A stretch of DNA of 63,996 bases, filler included, from Candidatus Rokuibacteriota bacterium (GTDB lineage Bacteria; JAUVQV01; DATDCY01): NCBI GenBank assembly GCA_031406795.1. It is 5 parts of 5 records of this genome, joined end to end, with 100 filler letters (N's around TTAATTAATTAA, not from the genome) between each part and the next. Parts side by side here need not be neighbours in the genome. Positions count along the whole stretch, not along the records: positions 49,591 to 61,816 come from JANOHV010000228.1; positions 61,917 to 63,996 come from JANOHV010000052.1; 3 more parts are not named here. One strand, given 5' to 3'. The position numbers and the translations under genes were made by a program. Numbering within the stretch: the stretch's first letter is position 1; every line of letters begins with the position of its first letter. Shown piece by piece: positions 58,457 to 63,996 of this stretch. The notes under the pieces are model-generated. The model ran no database searches. It worked only from the letters and a program-made list of their open reading frames with translations, and had not been told where the DNA came from.

Positions 58457-61400
58457 TCGGCGATCCTCTGGTAATAGTCTTTGATGCGTTCCTCATAGCG
58501 CGCCGGGTAGCCGTCCTGAAGCGACTTCATGATCTCCTCGCGGAAGATCTTCGGCACGCGGTGATCCTGACGGCCGGGAATGAGAAAATTCCTCACGTCG
58601 GTGCCGCGCCGCCCACCGGAGCGACTGCCGCGGCGGGAGTCCGAGCCGGCACCGCCGGGCCGGCTGCCCCCCGGGGCGCCGAACCCCATCGGCGGGCCCG
58701 AACTGCCCCTGCGCATCTGCTCCATCTGCGACATCTCCTCCAGGGACTGTCCGGCCCGGTCCTTGGCGCGCTCGAGCGCCGCGAGCGCCGCGCGCTCCGG
58801 CGGAATGGCCCGGGCCGGTTCGCGACGCCCGAGAAGGCCGCCCGCCTCCCCCATCAGGCCGGCCGCCTCCTCGAGGCCGGCCCCGACCGCGGCGGGGAGA
58901 AACGGCAGCGCGGCGCGCAGGGTGGCCACCTCGGCGGCAAGGCCCGCGGCGGTCTGTCGCAACCCCTCCTGCTCGCGCGCGATCGCGTCGATGCGCCCCC
59001 GCTCCTCGGGGGTGAGCACGTCGGGCTCGGCGGGTGGCAGCGCAGTCGGAGTCTGCTCGGACGCCATCTTGCGCAGCAACTGCTCGAGCCGCGGTCCGAC
59101 TTGCCCCTCGAGAGCCTCCGTGCGCTGGAGCAGGGCCCGCTGGCGGTCCGCAAGGCCCTGCATCTTCGGCAGTGTGCTGCTCTTGAGCCGCTCGAGAGCC
59201 CGCGCGCTCCGCTCGTCGACCTCCTCCTCGGCCTGGCGCAACCGCTCGCGCAGCTCCGCCAGCTGCTTCGCCAGTTCGCGCGCCGCCTGGCGCGCCCCGG
59301 CGATGTCGCCCCGGTTCAGCAGCGCGCGCACCTTCTCCAGCGAGTCGAGCACCTCGTTCAGATCGAGGCTCTTGATCGCATCGCTATTGAGGAACTCCTC
59401 GGGCATCTGCTTATTCTGCGCCTGCAGCGCCTCGGAGAGCTCGCGCAAGGCCTGCTCGATCTGCTCGAGTTGCTTGAGCACCTCTTCGGCGGCGGCCCGA
59501 TCGCCCGGGGAGAGACGCTCGAGGCTCTCGAGCAGCCGTTCCTCGGCCCCCGCCATCTCCTGTGAGCCGCTCTCGACATCCCCCATGCCCCGCTCGCGTT
59601 TCATCGCCTCGGCCATCAGCGCAAGATCTTCAGCCGTGCGTGCCGCCTGCTCGGCCGCCGTGGCGAGGAACCCGGTCTTCTGCCGCACCTCCTCCGCGGT
59701 GGCGCCGGTCGGCTCGAGGCCCGCCGCCATCTCCTGCATCGGGGCGAGCTGGCGCTCGCGCATCTCGGCGAGCCCCTGCCGGATCAGCTCCGCCTGCAGG
59801 ATCGACTCCTCCCGCGCCGCCGGGTCGCGCTCCATCGCCTCCGCGAGCCGGGCGGCGATCTCTTCGGCGCGAGCGGCCGACTCGCGCGCCGTCTTCTGCA
59901 GACCCTCGGCCTCCTCCTCCGCCTTCCAGGAGAATTCCTCGTCACCCCGGGCCTGCTCCTCGAGTTCCTCGTAGCGCGCCTGCAGTTCGAGCTCCTCGCC
60001 CAACAACTGCAGCAGCTCCGCGGCGAGCTTCTCCATCGTCTCTCGCGTCTCTTCGCGCTTCTCCCGCGGGTCGGCGATGCGCACGCTGATCGCGGCGGAA
60101 GCCGCGACCTTCGGACCAGAAATGGTGTCGTTGTCGGCCGCCTCGACAAAGCCGCTGACGACCTCGCCGGGCTGTGCCCCGAGGGCGGCGAGGTCCCATT
60201 CGTACTCGCCCCCCGCGCTGCGGGCACCGGCGGGCAGCGGCAGGGCCCAGCGGCGCTCGCCGGCCGCCGCGCGCGCCACGAAGGCAAGCCGCGAGATCCC
60301 GTAGTCATCGGCGCAGCGATAACGCACGGCAATCGTGCCGCGCGGGTCGCTCTCGATCTCGCCCGCGGGTTCGACCACCTCCACGGTGGGCACGGCGTCG
60401 GGAAGGTAGCGCACGGCGTACTCCGCGCCGCCGCCGTTGGTGAGCCCGCCGGCTTCCTCCAGTTCGATCCGGTACGATGTCCCGCCGTCGAGATAGAGAT
60501 CGGCACGGTAACGCCGCTCGCCGTCCGGGCGCGCGGCGACCTTGTTGCTCCCGAAGACCAGCACCGCCTTCGCCGCCTCGACACTGGTCGTGAAAGCGAT
60601 CTGGACCGTCGTGCCCTTGAGCGCCTCGATCTCCCCGCCGCCGGGGACGCTCCTCGACGGCAGGCCGCTGTAGGCCGGGTAGGTGTAACGGATCTCGAAG
60701 TTCCCGGCCGCCGGGGCATCGGCCACCCGTACCCGGTACCACGCCGAGGCGACGCCGCCGGCAAGAGCGCGATAGGTGAACTCCCCCGTGACCGCCGCGA
60801 ACCGCCAGACCCAGACACCGTCGGGGCCGCGCTCCATCTGCGCAACGCCCTCCCCGGGGGCGCCCGAATAGCCGAGGAGCACGCCGGCCGGACGCGCGCC
60901 GGCAGTGCGGACCCGCACCAGCAGATCCGCGCCGCGCGCGATCCGGGTGTCTCCCGGTTCGACGGCGAACTGCAGCCGGCCGAGCGGCCAGTACACCCGC
61001 GGGTCGACCAGCGCCCGCACCGCCGGACGGGGAATGCCGCCGGTGAATGCGACGGCCGCCAGCGCGCCCGCCGCCGCCGCCAGCAGCAGCGCCCCGGCGC
61101 GGAACGCGCGCCAGGAGACATACCGTCGCGGGGAGCCGGCGAGTCGATCGCCGGTGCTCGCCACGAGCGCGGCGACCAGAGGCGAGGAGACGCCGGCGAC
61201 CGGCGCCGCCAGCAGCGACGCCAGGTCGAGGCTGCTTTCGACGTCGTCGCGCAGATCCGGCTCGACCCGCTGGACCCTGCGGGCGGCCGCCCGCCGCGAT
61301 GGTCGCGCCATGGCCAGGAAGACGCGCGCCGCGGCGAGCGCCAGTCCAAGCGTACCGGCAGCGGCCCGCGCGAAGGCGAACCACGGCCACCGCGACAGGC

Positions 61401-61548
61401 GTTCGACGATCAGGGTGTTCAGGACAAGTGCGACGCCCGCGACGGTCAGGCAGCGCACCAGCGCGGCCGCGCTCGCCGCCACCGCGAGGTAGGTGCGCAG
61501 CCGGTCGAGAAAGCTGCCGATCACGACGGCCTCCCCCGCTTTGCTCAC
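58453..61548 (-). CDS. DUF4175-like large membrane/coiled-coil protein
   Basis: N-terminal TMs, YPAYSG, DDYGI, DNDTISGPK, long coiled coil, YYQRI end; GTGA overlap start. Confidence 0.8.
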   Translation of the reverse strand: MSKAGEAVVIGSFLDRLRTYLAVAASAAALVRCLTVAGVALVLNTLIVERLSRWPWFAFARAAAGTLGLALAAARVFLAMARPSRRAAARRVQRVEPDLRDDVESSLDLASLLAAPVAGVSSPLVAALVASTGDRLAGSPRRYVSWRAFRAGALLLAAAAGALAAVAFTGGIPRPAVRALVDPRVYWPLGRLQFAVEPGDTRIARGADLLVRVRTAGARPAGVLLGYSGAPGEGVAQMERGPDGVWVWRFAAVTGEFTYRALAGGVASAWYRVRVADAPAAGNFEIRYTYPAYSGLPSRSVPGGGEIEALKGTTVQIAFTTSVEAAKAVLVFGSNKVAARPDGERRYRADLYLDGGTSYRIELEEAGGLTNGGGAEYAVRYLPDAVPTVEVVEPAGEIESDPRGTIAVRYRCADDYGISRLAFVARAAAGERRWALPLPAGARSAGGEYEWDLAALGAQPGEVVSGFVEAADNDTISGPKVAASAAISVRIADPREKREETRETMEKLAAELLQLLGEELELQARYEELEEQARGDEEFSWKAEEEAEGLQKTARESAARAEEIAARLAEAMERDPAAREESILQAELIRQGLAEMRERQLAPMQEMAAGLEPTGATAEEVRQKTGFLATAAEQAARTAEDLALMAEAMKRERGMGDVESGSQEMAGAEERLLESLERLSPGDRAAAEEVLKQLEQIEQALRELSEALQAQNKQMPEEFLNSDAIKSLDLNEVLDSLEKVRALLNRGDIAGARQAARELAKQLAELRERLRQAEEEVDERSARALERLKSSTLPKMQGLADRQRALLQRTEALEGQVGPRLEQLLRKMASEQTPTALPPAEPDVLTPEERGRIDAIAREQEGLRQTAAGLAAEVATLRAALPFLPAAVGAGLEEAAGLMGEAGGLLGRREPARAIPPERAALAALERAKDRAGQSLEEMSQMEQMRRGSSGPPMGFGAPGGSRPGGAGSDSRRGSRSGGRRGTDVRNFLIPGRQDHRVPKIFREEIMKSLQDGYPARYEERIKDYYQRIAE

Positions 61549-61816
61549 CGCCCGGGCATCCAGTGCCAGCGAGCGAGCAGCAGCAGCGTCAGCACCAGCC
61601 CGCCCGCCCAGGAGCGCCACTCCCGATGCTGCCGCACCAGCCCCCAGTCGAAAGACCCGCGGGCCTGCGCGTCGACGAACAGCCGGGGGAAGAAGCGGGG
61701 AACCTCGCGCGTGTAGGCCGAGAAAGCTTCGCCGAAGATCCCCGCGAGGAGGACCTCCTCCTTGCGGATGACCACGTGGTAGACCGGGACGGCGAACAGC
61801 AGAAACGCCGCCAGCA
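61545..61816 (-). CDS. Isoprenylcysteine carboxylmethyltransferase family protein, 5' partial
   Basis: IRKEE..L..FG..F..Y..EVPRFFP. Confidence 0.7.
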
Positions 61817-61916
61817 NNNNNNNNNNNNNNNNNNNNNNNNNNNNNNNNNNNNNNNNNNNNTTAATTAATTAANNNNNNNNNNNNNNNNNNNNNNNNNNNN
61901 NNNNNNNNNNNNNNNN

Positions 61917-62384
61917 GGCGCGACCGCTTATGAGATCCACCGCCGGGCCTCCACGATGCACCGCAGCGACTTGCCCGTCTCGATGTTCTACTACGGCATG
62001 AACACCGAAAGGCTTTTTCTGCGGATCGACTTCCGCATCGGCTACCATGACCTCGCCCTGTTCGGCGACGCCGTGCTGGTCCACGTCTCCAAGCCGCGGC
62101 CGATGCGCATCGTCATCCCGATGACCTCGGCGGGGCGCGGCTGCTACATCGTCGACGAGGAGGGGGGCGGGCGGCGCGAGATTCCCGACGGCACGGTTGT
62201 CATCGCGGACATTCTCGAAGCCGGCATCCCGTGGTCTGTTCTCGGCACGTCGCTCGCAGACCGGGTCCAGTTTCACCTCTCGCTCGAGAAGGCCGGGAAC
62301 ACCCTGGCTTCCTGGCCGATGAGCGGATCGTTCACGGTCACCGTGCCTGACGCCGATTTCGAGCGTCGGATGTGGTCCGTCTAG
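61917..62384 (+). CDS. C-terminal domain of a probable GH57 glycoside hydrolase, 5' partial
   Basis: STMHR..YYG....LFLRIDF...ILEAGIPW...FERRMWSV resembles GH57 C-termini. Confidence 0.55.
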   Translation, partial: GATAYEIHRRASTMHRSDLPVSMFYYGMNTERLFLRIDFRIGYHDLALFGDAVLVHVSKPRPMRIVIPMTSAGRGCYIVDEEGGGRREIPDGTVVIADILEAGIPWSVLGTSLADRVQFHLSLEKAGNTLASWPMSGSFTVTVPDADFERRMWSV

Positions 62385-62438
62385 CAGTCCACTGAAACAG
62401 GAAGGAGTTCAAATCGCTATCATTTCGTCATGACTACA

Positions 62439-62466
62439 ACGTCCGATAAGATATATTATGTAAAAT
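62439..62466 (+). other. dif site (XerC/XerD)
   Basis: ACGTCCGATAA-GATATA-TTATGTAAAAT versus E. coli GGTGCGCATAA-TGTATA-TTATGTTAAAT; AT-rich intergenic location. Confidence 0.85.
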
Positions 62467-62609
62467 ATACGAGTATTCTCGAGCGCATCAAAGGGACGCC
62501 AGTTTGATCAATCGAGAGTTTCAACATGATGTTGAAAACAGCAATGAACAGTTTGCTACATATCAAGATAATAATAATGTATTGTTGTGTAACTAACTGA
62601 ATAGAGACG

Positions 62610-63965
62610 CTATTTCATTGATGACAATAGATCGCCAATCGACTCCGCGATACTCGGATGCATGAATGAAAAACCCCTCATCCCGGTTACCGTTATCCGC
62701 TGGTGGACGGCGAGCGCGATGATGTGGATCAAATCCGAAGCATGGGGCCCGACGACCGTACCGCCGACGATCCTGCCGCTCTCCCGCTCGGACACGATCT
62801 TGACGAATCCTTCGGTTGTCCTGTCGATTCTGGCTTTGATGTTGTCCATGAGCGGCACGGACGCCGCGCGACAGACCAGTCCGGAGCGCGACGCCGCTTC
62901 GAGCGAGAGGCCGACCGAAGCGACCTCCGGCGTCGTGAACGTCGCCCAGGGTATGGAGTGGTACGGCACCGGGGAAAACGTCCGGCCTGCCGCCTGGCGT
63001 CCCGCGTACTCGCCCATGTAAGATGCGGCGTGGGCCAGAAGCATTCTGCCGGTGACGTCGCCGGCGGCGAAGATGTGCGGCTGCGAAGTCCGGAGATCGT
63101 CATCGACGATGAGGCCGCCGCGCCCGCTGAGTTTCAGCCCGGCCGTCTCGCAGCCGAGGTCCTTCGTCTCCAGCGTCCGGCCGATCCCCACCAGGGCCTT
63201 CGCGGCTTCGATCACCGCGCCTGAATGGAGCAGGACCGCAACGCCGGCGCCGCCGCCGCGGATTTCAATGCGCGTCACCGGATCTCCCGCATGGACCGTG
63301 ACGCCCATGCGGGCGTAGATCTTCTGGAAGATGCCGTCGACATCGGGGTCCTCAGCCGGAAAAAGACGCGGCGCGGCTTCGATGAGCGTCACTTTCACGC
63401 CAAGTCTTGTGAAGATGTACGCAAATTCCGCCCCGACGGCTCCGCTGCCGATAATGGCCATGGTTGCGGGCAACTCGCGCAGATTGAGAGCCTGGTCGCT
63501 GGTGATGATCGAGTCGCCGTTGCTCGGCGACCCGGGAAGCTCGGCTGGCCGGGATCCCGAGGCGACGATGATTCGATCGCCGGCGTAGATGTTCCGCCCG
63601 CCATCGCCGGACTGCACCTCGATTTCGTTCGGGGAGAGGAAGCGGGCGCTGCCGCGGGCGATCTCGATCCCTCCGGCTCGACACTTCCCCTCGATAGCGC
63701 GGGAGAGCCCCTGAACCAGAGCATTCTTGTGCCCCAGGACCCTCCCCCATTCCTTCGCCGTCACCCCGTCGTTGCCCGGCTCCCGGACGAGGTCATTGCT
63801 TCTGGCGAGGAAGAATTTTGTCGGGATGCACCCGCGGTTGGTGCAGGTGCCGCCGATGGCGTCGCGCTCGACGAGAAGAACCGAGCCGAGGCCTCCGCCA
63901 GCTGCGGCGAGAGCCGCCGCACTGCCGGCCGGCCCCCCGCCGATGACGATACATTGCTTGACCAT
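62610..63965 (-). CDS. lpdA: Dihydrolipoyl dehydrogenase-like flavoprotein
   Basis: GGGPAG, GGTCTNRGCIP, GSGAVGAE, HPSIAE. Confidence 0.85.
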   Translation of the reverse strand: MVKQCIVIGGGPAGSAAALAAAGGGLGSVLLVERDAIGGTCTNRGCIPTKFFLARSNDLVREPGNDGVTAKEWGRVLGHKNALVQGLSRAIEGKCRAGGIEIARGSARFLSPNEIEVQSGDGGRNIYAGDRIIVASGSRPAELPGSPSNGDSIITSDQALNLRELPATMAIIGSGAVGAEFAYIFTRLGVKVTLIEAAPRLFPAEDPDVDGIFQKIYARMGVTVHAGDPVTRIEIRGGGAGVAVLLHSGAVIEAAKALVGIGRTLETKDLGCETAGLKLSGRGGLIVDDDLRTSQPHIFAAGDVTGRMLLAHAASYMGEYAGRQAAGRTFSPVPYHSIPWATFTTPEVASVGLSLEAASRSGLVCRAASVPLMDNIKARIDRTTEGFVKIVSERESGRIVGGTVVGPHASDLIHIIALAVHQRITVTGMRGFSFMHPSIAESIGDLLSSMK

Positions 63966-63996
63966 GATGAAGCACCTCCGCCGCCGACGCTGAACC

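Overview
GC-rich diderm bacterial DNA, probably a MAG (anaerobe, Desulfobacterota/Nitrospirota-like by gene content; this is inference). It consists of five contigs joined by artificial N44-TTAATTAATTAA-N44 spacers, so adjacency across spacers means nothing. Contig 1 (1-26583): distal end of a type I R-M locus (truncated PIN gene, Phd/RelE TA pair, hsdR, M48/YgjP), tupABC with an Xis-HTH/PBP regulator, cspA, LTA-synthase-like sulfatase, GT9, omptin, ahcY with an SAH riboswitch, tRNA-fMet, coaE, PgaB-like GH, AmrB-AmrA fusion and metK. Contig 2 (26684-41066): cusCBA-like efflux, a divergent sigma54-promoter cassette (Met-rich protein, beta-barrel, His/Met peptide), a PocR hybrid kinase and a decaying SNF2/AlbA/dinD/type III mod locus. 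Contig 3: ackA, DsrE plus sulfite-reductase-like 4Fe-4S protein, der, rnc and fab genes. Contig 4: MCP, tilS and a MoxR/DUF58/BatA/peptidase/DUF4175 operon. Contig 5: GH57 tail, a dif site and lpdA. The most notable observations are: (i) cargo genes upstream of hsdR are cut off and delimited by repeated copies of an hsdS-like 3' tail (KTRL*), suggesting a recombination-built cassette stack; (ii) GTAG-type REP palindromes inserted in frame in two different R-M enzymes; (iii) the sigma54 Met-rich candidate Cu/Ag cassette with a collapsed paralog scar; (iv) several dispersed MITE/RNA-like repeat families and regulatory sites absent from the ORF track. Family calls come from motif recognition only; no searches were run.
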